64,000 nt of DNA from Eledone cirrhosa (GCA_964016885.1 OZ024742.1:350114001-350178000), one strand, 5' to 3'. Shown: positions 1-13,589, counted from the first letter of the stretch. Numbers and translations: made by a program. Notes: generated from the sequence alone by a model not told the origin.

Positions 1-2508
1 GGAGCAGATCCACTATCTGGTCTTTGCGAGACCAGGATGGACGGGTGATCCTTGAACCTAAGCAGATGTGCGAGGCTTTTCAAAAGCACTTTGCCGGATT
101 GTTCGGAAGGGGCGGGGAGCTGGTTGGGGATGTGGACTTCGGTCCATACCTCGACGGCCTGCCGCGTCTCTCGGACAGGGAGGCGAAGTCCTGCGAGGAG
201 CCGATTTCAGCCGCTGAGATAGAGGACGTGCTGAGCCAATGCGGCAAACGCAAATCCCCGGGTCTCAATGGTCTTCCATACGAACTGTATCTAGCTATGC
301 CGGACTTGTTCCCCGATCTCCTCGAGGCGGTCTACTGCAACTGGCAACAGAACGGGAGAATTCCCTGTGCTGTGACGAAGGGCGTAGTCACGCTAGTGAG
401 GAAGGACGAGAACAAGGGGGACGATATAAATAATTTCAGGCCCATAACTCTGCTAAATACAGAGTTACAGATGTTGGCCAAGGTGCTAGCAAAGAGGTTG
501 GCGCTTGTCGTGGGCAACCTGGTGGGAGATGCGCAAACATGTGCTATCCCGTCCAGGTCCATCCACGACAACCTCCACCTCATGCGATACATCATAGAGA
601 GGGTTGGGAACGAACCCGGCTTTGGTGGGGCCCTGATCAACTTGGATCAATCTAAGGCGTTCGATAAGGTCGACCATGGTTACCTGGATGCGGTGCTAGC
701 GGCGGCAGGCTTCGGACCCGTTTTCAGAGGCTGGATCAATGCCATGCACAGCAGCCGCATCTGCTCTAGGGTCAAGGTGAACGGCTACCTCTCGGAGCCG
801 TTCGAAATCGCGCGGTCCATCCGACAAGGGTGCCCTCTCTCCTCCCTTCTGTATGTAATGACTCTAGAACCACTGCTGTGGAAGCTGGAGTTGTTGCAGG
901 GCATCCCGTTGGAACCGTAATGGTGTCGACGGCCTCGGAAATCGGGGCGATCGGCACCCTACTGGAGGAGTACGAAAGGTTTACCGGGGCTAAGCTGAAC
1001 CGGGACATGTCAATCGGTCTGCAACTCGGCACGTGGAGGGGCAGATCGATGCCCTCCGATGGCGTCGTCGGGCGCTGGACGGAGGGCCCGGTGAAGTTGC
1101 TGGGGGTCTGGTTCGGACCAGATCTCCAGGTGGAGAAGAACTGGGGTGAGGTAACGAACAGGGTGTTTGCACTGACGCAGAAGTGGGCCGAGTGTAAACT
1201 GTCCCTGAAAGGTCGGGCGGAGGTGGCGAACACTTATATAGCGTCCGTCATCTACTACCGCCTGACCGTCGTGCCTTGCCCAAGGGAAACGCTCGCCAAA
1301 ATGGAACGCGCACTCTTCCAATTCCTCGGGAAGCAGCGGGCTCCTATGGTGAGGAGATCCATCTGCTGTCAACACCCTTCGAAAGGAGGGCTGGGGATGC
1401 CGTGGCTAATGATGCGTTTAACACGCATTAAGGCTACGGCACCTCCAGGTATTCCTCACCGGCCAACCGGTGTGGGCCCCATTTGTGAGGCGAGATTTCC
1501 CAGACTCGTCTCACTCACCGAGCTGCAATCCTGGGTCAAGCAAAGACCGAGAAAACTGAGCGCTTGGCACACCGAGTGTGCCCAGGCGCTCGCGGCTCTC
1601 TGGCAGGCGGACCCGGTTGTCAGTGGAGAATCCACCTCGTCATTCTATAGAGGGCATGGAGGAAGACGAACTGGCCAACCTCTTCGGTAGGACATTCAGC
1701 CTGGGACCCATGGATAACTTCCAGATGTCCCTGGCCTGGCAGTGCTACCGAGGGGCTCTGTCCGTTCGAGAAAGGCTCTACAGACACGGGCGCCCGGGTA
1801 GGGACCCCTCGAAAAAGATCTGTCCCAGATGCGTGTGCGACGAAGAAACCGCTGCACACGCATTGGTACACTGCTCGGGCATTGCCGATCTGTGGGGCTA
1901 TGTCGAACAACTGCTGTCAAGGGTGGGACCGATCCGGTTTACCACCGAGTCTATTGTAACTATCAAGCCGCCTCCCCTCTTCAAAAACGAAGGAGAGGCG
2001 GTGTTTCTGTGCGTAATAGCCATGGCGAAAGAGGTTGTATGGTGGACGCGTCTGAAAGGACTGAGGTCAGACACCTTTCTCTCTGGCCAAGAACTGGTCC
2101 GATTCTTCCGATATCATTTCGGAAGAAGGATCCGGATGGAGAGAGAGGTGCTGCACCACAGCCGTTTTTATGAAAGATGGGTGAAAGTGGCGAGAATGGC
2201 CCGTGTGAATGGGCCTTCACTCTACATTAGACTATAGGTGAGGAAGATGAAAGACCAAGGGAGCACCCCCTCTCTGTGCTCCTGAGGAGAAGGGTTGCAC
2301 ACTTTTTTTCGGGGGTGTGTGCGACCCCCCAAGGCGCCTCCTCCCTATTGAGGATTTTGTTATAAAATTTATTTTGTTATATTTTATTTTATTTTTATAC
2401 TTTTATATCTTGTTATTGCCTCCTCCATATTGAGGACGCGTTTACATGTAAACTCCCACCTTTGTACTTGTCCCACTTTTGATGCCCTGGTGGCAAATAA
2501 AAGGAAAG

Positions 2509-2509
<1 letters not shown>
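1..2509 (+). mobile_element. Tx1/L1-clade non-LTR retrotransposon, 3' part (copy 1), degenerate
   Basis: ORFs 24-920, 830-1690 and 1578-2237 give RT motifs (KSPGLNGLP, NFRPITLLN, LDQSKAFD, RQGCPLS) and a C-terminal CPRC..ETAAHALVHC zinc motif. Colinear with copy 2. Ends AATAAA then (ATCT)n. Confidence 0.93.
24..2237 (+). pseudogene. Disrupted ORF2 (RT + zinc finger) of Tx1 copy 1
   Basis: Compared with copy 2, a deletion near 917 removes the YADD segment. Further frame disruptions near 1420 and 1657. Confidence 0.88.

Positions 2510-2584
<75 letters not shown>
2510..2584. repeat. (ATCT)n microsatellite between the two Tx1 copies
   Basis: Perfect tetranucleotide run seen directly. Confidence 0.98.
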
Positions 2585-2817
2585 AATAATCTAGCTGTCG
2601 TCTGTTCTACAGTGTGGATGTCATTCACTTCGCACAGAAGTTTTGTTCAAATTTATTGAGGAAATTTTGTGAGTTCAAACTTAATTTTGATACAATTGTG
2701 TAGCTTGACCCTCCGTCTGAACTGTCAGGCGGTGGGTCAGCTCATCTTTACCCCTCCTAGAGGTGAAAAACCTGTTTTAAAAAATTTTGTGTAAAAAATT
2801 TCAATCGTCTAACAGAA

Positions 2818-4698
2818 ATGTTAAACGCAGCGAACGAAAATAGTGGTGGGGGGACAGCGGTAAGAGTTGTAAGCTCGCACGCTTTAGTCCTCCCTTCCTT
2901 CCCAACTAACGTCATAGAGAAGGAAGGAAAAATGAAAATAAAAACGGACGAATCTGCGGAGGAAAAAAAATTAAATGACGAAAACAACGAAAAAAAAAAA
3001 TTTGAAAAATTGCATGACAATACTAATAACACAAACAAAGACACAACAAACAAAAAAATAACAGTTGAAAATAACATCATATCAGAAAACAAAGCAGACG
3101 ACAAGATTTCTTTTGCACAGAAAACAAAGAAATCTTTGACTTATATAGCGGAAAACATTTCAGATGTGGTACGAAGGATCACGGACGCAAAACAATACAT
3201 AAGTGAAGGTGAGAATGGTATTTTATTGGTAAAAATGCCTCAAGAATTCACGAAAGACATTGAAAGCCGAACGGTCAAGTTTCGGACCATCAACAACAGT
3301 ACAAAAAAACCTGAACAGCCTTCTCAAGCAGATATCAAAACAGTACTCGCAGAAGTACTGAATGAAACAACTTTCATAAGAAAAGACAGACTGTATGGAA
3401 GCCTAGCAATTATCATGAAGAACGAATCGGCGGCAAAAAAATGTGCTTTGTCACCGATTCGTTCGAAAAATTTCACCTTTTATCCATCTTATATGGGAAA
3501 AAAAACTCAACGCATATGGCTGGATGCAATGATGCCAGATGTGGACTACTGCTGGCTCATAGCTGGCTTCATCGATCCAGTGAATGACAACGTGATTTCC
3601 ATTGGGAAAACCACAGGCAATGCGTTCAGTGGAACAGGTATAGAGCTGGTAGTACAAATGAAGCCTGAACGCATCGCCCAAATACCCGACAGAATCCTAT
3701 TAGAGGACCACGGGTATATAACCATTAGCGTGGAGGGGAGAAGGCCGTCCTGCCATATCTGTGCAGGCAGAGGGCACCTGAAGGCCGCTTGTCCACAACT
3801 CAACAAAAAGAAAACTCTGCTACCAACACCAGCTCCACCACCACCACCACAACAGATAAACAAACAACAAAACTCAGTCCCACCCAACCCGTCCCTCAGT
3901 AACACCACAACACCACCACAACACAAACAGTCACAACACATTACCCCAAAACAAAATACAGGCCCACCCAACCTCTCACTCAATAAAACAACACAACCAC
4001 CGCAGACACAACACACAACACAGTCTAACATAGTGACATCCATCTCCCCCACAAAGAAAACCAACACGGAAACATTACCAGCAAACATACCTCTTCCCTC
4101 CAACACTGAAGATAACCCAACGAATTCGGAGGAAGAAACGGAGTCCTTCAGACAGATTAAAAGGAAAAAAAGAAAACATGTGCAAAACACACAAGGACAA
4201 ACAACCCCCACCCAAATCGCAACACAATCTAACAAAACAGAAAACACCCCTCCAGCAACAAACAAAACCAAACCTGCCCCTCCCCTCTTCGAAACACTCA
4301 CACCATCGGAAAAAAAGACATTACACTATACTTACATCAACAGAAACAATAATAAATTAAATGAACTCATATACAATAATCCTTCGGTACAAACCGAAGG
4401 TGTAAACTTTGTTTCATCAGAAAACCACCCACATTTAAAACTACTAAAAATCCCAATGAACCTCTACCAAAAACTAAAAAAGGATTTTAAGGAGGACGTA
4501 GGACCACCCTCTGTCAAACCCATAAACCGCGTCCTACTAAAAAGCTTTCCCCCTCCCCTTCCCCTCCCCAACACAACTCCAAACACCCCAACCCCACCAC
4601 ACACCGACGACCCCACACCACCACAAGACACCCCTTCACCCAACACCCCCGACCCCATGGAAGTCGTGCAACCCGAACCCCGGGAAGCGGAAAGGTAG
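2818..4698 (+). CDS. Tx1-type ORF1 nucleic-acid-binding protein
   Basis: Intact 626-aa ORF with CHICAGRGHLKAAC zinc knuckle, P/T/N-rich tail and basic KRKKRK patch, directly upstream of ORF2. Confidence 0.88.
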   Translation: MLNAANENSGGGTAVRVVSSHALVLPSFPTNVIEKEGKMKIKTDESAEEKKLNDENNEKKKFEKLHDNTNNTNKDTTNKKITVENNIISENKADDKISFAQKTKKSLTYIAENISDVVRRITDAKQYISEGENGILLVKMPQEFTKDIESRTVKFRTINNSTKKPEQPSQADIKTVLAEVLNETTFIRKDRLYGSLAIIMKNESAAKKCALSPIRSKNFTFYPSYMGKKTQRIWLDAMMPDVDYCWLIAGFIDPVNDNVISIGKTTGNAFSGTGIELVVQMKPERIAQIPDRILLEDHGYITISVEGRRPSCHICAGRGHLKAACPQLNKKKTLLPTPAPPPPPQQINKQQNSVPPNPSLSNTTTPPQHKQSQHITPKQNTGPPNLSLNKTTQPPQTQHTTQSNIVTSISPTKKTNTETLPANIPLPSNTEDNPTNSEEETESFRQIKRKKRKHVQNTQGQTTPTQIATQSNKTENTPPATNKTKPAPPLFETLTPSEKKTLHYTYINRNNNKLNELIYNNPSVQTEGVNFVSSENHPHLKLLKIPMNLYQKLKKDFKEDVGPPSVKPINRVLLKSFPPPLPLPNTTPNTPTPPHTDDPTPPQDTPSPNTPDPMEVVQPEPREAER

Positions 4699-4731
4699 GT
4701 CTCTACACTCTCCTTTGGCTCTGCCGCCCAC

Positions 4732-7700
4732 ATGGATGTGTTAAGAGTAGGATGTTTGAATGCACGTGGCCTGGGCTCAACTTGGAAGCAAGCAAAGCTT
4801 CTAAATGACCTCAGGTCATGTAGTATAAATGTAATGGTTATCTGTGAGACTCGAATCAGCGTCATGCGGCAGCTGGCCCCCACCTTCGATGACTTTGAAG
4901 TGCATGCATCTCTCTGTCAACCTGGAGGTGGGGGTGGGGTTGTCGTGCTGCTGCAAAAACACCTGGGTCTTGCCGTACAGGTTGTGCACTCGGACCCGGA
5001 GGGTCGTTTGTTGGTGCTAGACGTTGGCAGTAGTGAAAGTGCGGCCTTGAGACTGGTCGCCGTCTACTCCCCTTTCGGAGCTGAACGGCCCGACTTCTTC
5101 CAGCGTTTGGAGACTTTTCTGGGAACGTCGCGTTCCCTGCTTCTAGCGGGGGATTGGAATGACATCCTAGATGCACGTTGGGACTATGCAGGAGCATGTC
5201 CTAATAGAGGGGGGTGTAACAGCCTCAAGGGGTTACTCGACCGTTTTAACTTGGTCGATAGATATCGACTAGATTTTCCAACTGTGCCTACCTGGACTTG
5301 GAGAAACCACAGTGGTCAATCTAGATCGTACTTAGATAGATTCTTAGTTAGAAGTAAGGATAGGGACATATTAAGCTGTCCAGAAATGCGCACGGTTGGC
5401 TACACGGATCACAAATTAGTGACCTGCGTGGTCAATCTCGAGAAAACACATAGACAGGGTCCCGGTTACTGGAAACTTAATTTGTCTTTACCGGCAAAAG
5501 AGACTTACAGAAACCGGATTAGCAGATTAGTTAAGGAGAGGTTGACGGGTGCAATCGTCAACAACCGATGGTGGGCATCTCTCAAAAGAGAGATTAGAAC
5601 AGAATCAATAAGTTATAGCAAGATGTTAGCTGCCAATAGGAATAGAAACGAGAAAGAATTAACAGGTAAATTAGAAGAGGCAATCAAGAGCGAAGATGTG
5701 GCCAGAGTGCTGGCATCGAGGACGGCCTTGAACCAGTTTTTCGATGCAAAGCATGAAGGCTGCGTCATTCGAAGTAAAATACGTGCTCTAGGTAATGAGG
5801 GGGCCAAAGCCGTTGGATGGGCCCGCGTGACAGAAGCTAAAAGTGGAAATCGATCCACCATCCGGTCGTTGCAAGACGAAGATGGACGAGTGATCCGGGA
5901 GCCTAAGCAGATGTGCGAGGCCTTTCAAAAGCACTTTGCCCGATTGTTCGGGGGAGGCGAGGGTCCGGGCCGGGGCGTGGATTTCGGTCCATACCTCGAC
6001 GGCCTGCCGCGTCTCTCGAACAAAGAGGCAGAGTCCTGCGAGGGACCAATCTCGGCTGATGAGATCGGAGATGCGCTGAGCCAATGCAGCAGACGCAAAT
6101 CTCCAGGTCTCGATGGTATACCTTACGAACTTTATTTAGCAATGCCGGTCTTCTTCTCCGAACTCCTCGAAGCGGTCTACTGCAATTGGCAGCAGAACGG
6201 GAGAATTCCTTGTTCTGTAGCCAAGGGCGTAGTCACGCTGGTGAGGAAGGACGAGAACAAGGGGGATAGTATAAATAATTTTCGGCCCATAACCCTGCTA
6301 AACACAGAGTTAAAGATTTTGGCCAAGGTGTTAGCAAAGAGGTTGGCGCTTGTCGTGGGTGGCCTGGTGGGAGATGCGCAGACATGTGCTATCCCATCCA
6401 GGTCCATTCACGATAACCTCCACCTCATGCGATACATCATAGAGAGGGTTGGCAACAAACCCGGCTTCGGTGGGGCCCTGATCAACTTGGATCAGTCTAA
6501 GGCCTTCGATAGGGTCGACCATGGTTACCTGGATGCGGTGCTAGCGGCGGCTGGGTTCGGTCCTGTTTTCAGAGGCTGGATCACTGCCCTACATAGCAAC
6601 CACATCTGTTCTAGGATCAAGGTGAACGGCTACCTTTCGAAGCCGTTCGAAATCACACGATCCATTCGACAGGGGTGCCCTCTCTCCTCCCTTCTGTACG
6701 TATTGACTCTCGAGCCTTTACTGAGGAAGTTGGAGTTGTTGCAGGGTATCCCCCTGGAACCAGGATTGAGCAAAGCGGTGTCGGCCTACGCCGATGACGT
6801 AACAGTAATGGTATCAACCGACTCGGAGATCGAGGCGATCGGTACCTTACTGGAGGAGTACAAAAGGTTGTCAGGAGCGAAACTGAACCGGGAAAAATCC
6901 ATCGGGCTGCAACTCGGAACGTGGAGAGGCAAACCGATGCCTCCTGACGGTGTCGTCGGACACTGGCCCGGTAAAGTTGCTTGGGGTCTGGTTTGGACCG
7001 GACCTCCAGGTGGAAAAGAACTGGAACGAGGTTACGAACAAGGTGTTTGCACTAACCCAGAAATGGGCCAAGTGTAAGCTGTCCCTAAAAGGCCGGGCGG
7101 AGGTGGCGAACATTTACATAGCGTCCGTCACTTACTACCGCCTGACTGTCGTGCCTTGCCCTAAGGAAACACTCACCACCATGGAACGCATGCTCTTCCA
7201 ATTTCTTTGGAAGAAGCGTCCTCCTATGGTGAGAAGATCCATCTGCTGCCAACAACCTTCGAAAGGAGGGCTGGGGATGCCGTGGTTGATGATGCGTAGG
7301 CACGCATTAAGGCTACGGCACCTACAGGTATTCCTCACTGGTCAACCGGTGTGGGCTCCGTTCGTGAAACGAGCCTTTCCGAGACTCGTCTCACTCACCG
7401 AGCTACAGTCCTGGGTCAAGCAAAGATCCGGAAAACTGGGAGACTGGCACACTGAGTGTGCTCAGGCGCTCAGGGCTCTCTGGCAAGCGGGCCGGGCCAT
7501 CGGTGGAGAATCCACCTCATCATTCTATAGAGGGCTGGTGGCTAGCAGGGGCGATGACACCCTTGGAGAGTCGCTGGACATGGAAGAAGACGAACTGGCC
7601 AGCCTGTTCGGTAGGACTTTCGGCCCAGGACCAATGGACAACTTCCAGAAGTCACTGGCCTGGCAGTGCTACCGAGGGGCTCTACCCGTTCGAGAGAGGC

Positions 7701-8161
7701 TCTACAGACACGGGCGCCCGGGCAGGGGTCCCTCAAAAAAGATTTGCCCTAGATGCGTGCGTCACGAAGAAACCGTGGCGCACGCATTGGTGCAATGTCC
7801 GGGCGTGGCTGATCTGTGGGGCTACGCCGAACAACTGCTGTCGCGGGTGGCGCCGATTAAATTGACCGCCGAGTCCGTGATGACAATCAAACCGCCTCCC
7901 CTCTTCACAAAGGAAGCAAAGGCGGTTTTTCTGTGCGTAATAGCCATGTTGAAAGAGGTTGTTTGGTGGACACGATTGAAAGGTCTGAGGTCAGGCAACT
8001 TCCTCTCTGGCCATAGTCTGGTCTACTTCTTCCGATATCACTTCGGAAGAAGGATAAGAATGGAGAGAGAGGTGCTGGGCCACAGGCAGTTTTATGAAAG
8101 GTGGGTGATAGTGGCGAGAATGGCTCGTGTAAATGGGCCTTCTCTGTATACCATCCTGTAG
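4732..8161 (+). pseudogene. Tx1 ORF2 (APE endonuclease + RT + C-terminal zinc motif) with one frameshift near 6965
   Basis: APE motifs CLNARGL, ICETR, LAGDWND, SYLDRF, TDHK. RT motifs QGCPLS and AYADDV. CPRC..ETVAHALVQC. An 8-nt deletion relative to copy 1 (ctgg[acggaggg]cccgg) splits ORFs 4732-7077 and 6950-8161. Confidence 0.93.
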
Positions 8162-8375
8162 GTAAAGAAGTAAAGGAGAGGGGAGCACCTTCTCCATGTG
8201 CTCCCCGGGCAAAGGATTGCACACTTTTTCGGGGGTGTGTGCAACCCCCATCACGTCCCCTCCCTTTTGAGGTTATTTTCGATTATTTTCATGTTACACC
8301 CTTTTTACTCGATTATATGTAAACTCCCCCTTTGTATTTGTCCCTTCTTTTTATGCCTTTATGGTAAATAAAGAA

Positions 8376-8434
<59 letters not shown>

Positions 8435-8458
8435 CATCTATCTATCCATCTATCTATC
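8376..8458. repeat. (ATCT)n microsatellite
   Basis: Seen directly. Confidence 0.97.
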
Positions 8459-8828
8459 CGCAGTAGTGGCTCGAGAGTCAATACATACAGAAGGGAGGAG
8501 AGAGGGCACCCTTGTCGGATGGACCGCGCGATTTTGAACGGCTCCGAGAGGTAGCCGTTCACCTTGACCCTAGAGCAGATGCGGCTGCTGTACATAGCAG
8601 TGATCCAGCCCCTGAAAACGGGTCCGAAGCCTGCCGCCGCTAGCACCGCATCCAGGTAACCATGGTCGACCCTATCGAACGCCTTAGATTGATCCAAGTT
8701 GATCAGAGCCCCACCAAAGCCGGGTTCGTTCCCAACCCTCTCTATGATGTATCGCATTAGGTGGAGGTTGTTATGGATGGACCTGGACGGGATAGCGCAT
8801 GTCTGCGCATCTCCCACCAGGTTGCCTA

Positions 8829-8829
<1 letters not shown>
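8459..8829 (-). mobile_element. Inverted internal RT fragment of the same Tx1 family
   Basis: ORF 8422-8817 (GDAQTCAIPSRSIH...RQGCPLSSLLYVLTLEPLLR) matches both copies. (ATCT)n on both sides. Confidence 0.93.
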
Positions 8830-8897
<68 letters not shown>

Positions 8898-8921
8898 CAT
8901 CCATCCATCTATCTATCTATC
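8830..8921. repeat. (ATCT)n microsatellite
   Basis: Seen directly. Confidence 0.97.
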
Positions 8922-9104
8922 TTCTTACAATACTTGTTTCTACCGATCTTCTGTACACTACACCATATTCTATCTCTTTCACACTTATTGTACCTGTCCA
9001 CCTACCTCTTACTCTCTCTTATTGTGTCACAATCTATCTCTTTATCTCTCTCACCAATGTAACTTAATTTTATACCTATTCTCAGTCTACCTGAATAAAC
9101 ATTC

Positions 9105-9675
9105 ATGTATGTGGGTGCGTATATTGGTATGTCTGTATGTATATATGAGTATGTATATGTGGGTGCGTATATTGGTATGTTTGTATGTATATGTGAGTAT
9201 GTATATTGGTTTGTCTGTATGTATATGTGAGTATGTATATTGGTATGTCTGTATGTATATGTGAGTATGTATATTGGTATGTCTGTATGTATATGTGAGT
9301 ATGTATATGTGAGTATGTATATTGATATGTCTGTATGCATATGTGGGTATGTATATTGGTTTGTCTGTATGTATATATGAGTATGTATATGTGAGTATGT
9401 ATATTGGTATGTCTGTATGTATATTGGTATGTCTGTATGTATATGTGAGTATAAATGTATATTAGTATGTTTGTATGTATATGTGTCCGTGTGTATATAT
9501 GTAGGAATGTGTGTGGTTATGTTTGTATGTATGTATATGTGTCCGTGTGTATATATGTAGAAATGTGCGTGGTTATGTTTGTATGTATGTATATGTGTCC
9601 GTGTGTATATATGTATATGTGTGGTTATGTGTGTATGTATGTATATGAGTCCGTGTGTATATATGTATGTATGTG
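9105..9675. repeat. (TATG)-derived compound minisatellite
   Basis: Recurrent units such as gagtatgtatattggtatgtctgtatgtatatgt and gtccgtgtgtatatatgta. Confidence 0.85.
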
Positions 9676-9782
9676 GGTTTGTTTGGGAAACCAGATCTCC
9701 ATCTTCCGGATTGTTGACGATGACTGCCAAAGGGAGAGACAAACAGATGCAGCGTGAATGACGGAACGGAAATATTAACGGC

Positions 9783-9850
<68 letters not shown>

Positions 9851-9860
9851 TATAGAGAAA

Positions 9861-9915
<55 letters not shown>

Positions 9916-10031
9916 TATATTGGTAAACGGAAAAGAAAATGCTGACAAATTGTTCACAGTGAAAAATAGTTTAATTAGGAATAAGTGAGAATTAGTAATA
10001 GTATTGGTTAGTATTCAGTTTTGGTTTTAAC

Positions 10032-10067
10032 TTTTACCGGTTGCGCATTTCTAATGCTTTTCAAAAA
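10032..10067 (-). ncRNA. Degenerate minimal hammerhead motif (GAAA mutated to GCAA), same family as 19268
   Basis: Minus strand: ttt TTGAAAA gcatt-aga-aatgc GCAAC cg GTA aaa. Confidence 0.5.
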
Positions 10068-10111
10068 TAATTTTGAGATAGAGCGTCTGTGATGTTTGCT
10101 CTCTCTCTCTC

Positions 10112-10560
<449 letters not shown>

Positions 10561-10566
<6 letters not shown>

Positions 10567-11254
10567 CACACAGATACATGCGGACACACACATATATACA
10601 TGAATGCATCCGCACCCAACTGTGAGTTAAGGGTGCCAACTTCACCGATGTTGCTCAATGAATGACTGGGACAGACCAATTCAGTTGAACTAGACTGAAC
10701 CAGTATCAGAGTTAAAACTACATTATGAAGAGAGAAGAAACATTTAGATATAATTAGTAATAAAATGTATCATACCTAAACTGCTCCTAAATTCCTCGAC
10801 TACGTAGTTTCGTGGCATAAACAAAAACAATATATCATAAAGACATAGAGTCCTTGCGAGGTCTGCCGACTTATCAAGAGGATACCTCATTTTACTAGTC
10901 TCAAGAACGCGTCTACACGACGTGAGAAAGAATCCCAAAAGGCGGAGGGGGAGATAGTCACGCGATATAACGGTCGAGAAACAGAGCTAAGCCTCTTATA
11001 ACCCCGAAGAAAATACCACGGAGGCGGAGGGGGTATTTATATCGAGGCCGAAGAAGAGGTGGTGAAGAAGGCGAGAAGTATGAGTAATGGAAGCTTTCCA
11101 GCTGTCCCCACACTTCAAAGATTGCTCGACCAGAGGGAGTTATTAACAATATCGAGGCCGCAGAAGAGGTGGTGAAGAAGGCGAGAAGTATGAGTAATGG
11201 AAGCTTTCCAGCTGTCCCCACACTTCAAAGATTGCTCGACCAGAGGGAGTTATT

Positions 11255-11260
<6 letters not shown>
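10561..11260 (-). mobile_element. Non-coding HHR-bearing element (retrozyme or PLE pseudo-LTR), with ~109-bp internal duplication
   Basis: Homologous in inverse orientation to 17886-18414. Flanked by (TA)n. Contains HHR 10793-10882. Confidence 0.8.
10793..10882 (-). ncRNA. Type I hammerhead ribozyme, U3-A8 core, extended stem II
   Basis: Minus strand: tcctc TTGATAA gtcggca...tgccac GAAAC tacgta GTC gagga. Confidence 0.75.
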
Positions 11261-11307
<47 letters not shown>

Positions 11308-11487
11308 AAGATATTAAAACAATGAAATTAAACAAAAAACGGTTACTTCATAGTAAAACTCATTATTTTACGATCGTTTCTGGGGGGTAGCACCCCGTAT
11401 GTCCATTCAATTATTGATCTATATAAAATATATTACAAAATATCATAGTAAGAAAAAATACATACGTCTTCTCTACCCGTGTATATA

Positions 11488-12127
<640 letters not shown>

Positions 12128-12203
12128 TATATATATATATATATATATATGTAAGTATGTATGTATACGTACATACATATATGTATACAGACGTACAGAA
12201 GCA

Positions 12204-12305
<102 letters not shown>

Positions 12306-12785
12306 TAGATACAGGTACACATACATATATGTACGTATCAGTTTAGCGGACGCTTATTATAACGCCCGCTTTGCTCGTTTGTAAACAAACTGAACAGCCT
12401 GAATTTATGCCGTACGGTGTTAAGGCAACTACGTCACCTTTTTGTTCAACACTGACACAGGAACGATGTACTAGTTTCAAGCTTGTTAGCTATCGTCAGC
12501 ACCTTATACCCTTCTGCCAGATGGTTGAACGTTCGAAAGTACATACTTTCCTTATGAAAATTAACGGCTGAGCAGCCTAATTTGCATATCTGGGACTAGC
12601 TTTTTAAACGGCAGGAGCTCTGTCATCGGGGTTCCGAGTCTCTATTATATAATCCTACTCTACTTCCTCAAGTATTGAGTACTCTGTTGAATAATGGTTT
12701 AACTAGTTTCAAACTGAAGATTATCTCGCGTTCAATCGGGGGTATCCAAAGTAAGTAATGTACTCAATACAAAGCAGAGTATACA

Positions 12786-12925
12786 TATTTAATATAGAAT
12801 ATAGAAAAGCTTCTACAGGGCTAGGACTGTTTCATTCGTGAGAAATCATCAGAACTTCCTGATGATTTCTCAGGAGTGAAACAGTTCTAGTCCTGTAGAA
12901 GTTTTGCTATATTCTGTATTAAATA
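12786..12925 (+). mobile_element. Short fold-back insertion containing an HHR
   Basis: Arms 12786-12852 and 12859-12925 are imperfect inverted copies. Abuts (TA)n. Confidence 0.75.
12851..12905 (+). ncRNA. Type I hammerhead ribozyme, canonical CUGAUGA core, weak stem II
   Basis: aacttc CTGATGA tttctcaggagt GAA acag-ttctagtc-ctgt A gaagtt. Confidence 0.68.
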
Positions 12926-13007
12926 TATATATATATATAGATACATACATATATACACATACAAATGTATATCTATATATCTATATATAGTTACATATAC
13001 TCTCTTT

Positions 13008-13079
<72 letters not shown>

Positions 13080-13189
13080 TATAAGCATGTCTCTATTTTT
13101 AAATGTCTTTAATATTTGTTTAACAATCTATCTTCTATTTTCATTTTAAATATTCATATATACCCACCGACACATAAATACACACATGA

Positions 13190-13261
<72 letters not shown>

Positions 13262-13266
13262 CTGAG

Positions 13267-13316
<50 letters not shown>

Positions 13317-13419
13317 TATTTATATATCGATCGACTTTCGTCAAATCGGACCGAGGAAACAATGTTTCCGTTGGTCTTTCCAATTGCTAATACTATCTAT
13401 CGGTCGCAACTCCAGGTAG

Positions 13420-13541
13420 AAGAAGCAAGGTGAAATAAAGTGTCTGGCTCAAGGACATAACGCATCGCCTGGTCCAGGAGTCGAACTCACAACCTCAAGA
13501 TTGTGAATCTAATTATCTAACCACTCAGCCACACTTCTTCA
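13420..13541 (-). mobile_element. tRNA-derived SINE fragment (CORE-like)
   Basis: Minus strand has A-box-like gtggctgagtggttag and B-box gagttcgactcc, then a segment resembling the CORE/MIR domain (aagtgtctggctcaaggaca on +). Confidence 0.6.
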
Positions 13542-13542
13542 C

Positions 13543-13589
<47 letters not shown>

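Larger units (their letters stand above)
2585..8375 (+). mobile_element. Near full-length Tx1/L1-clade LINE (copy 2): 5' UTR, ORF1, ORF2, 3' UTR
   Basis: ORF1 with CCHC knuckle, ORF2 APE-RT-zinc motif, 3' AATAAA, (ATCT)n on both flanks. Confidence 0.95.

Noticed and set aside
9676-9725. Possible minus-strand hammerhead (ccggaagatggagatctggtttcccaaac)
   Set aside because: Both core segments are mutated and there is no stem I or III.
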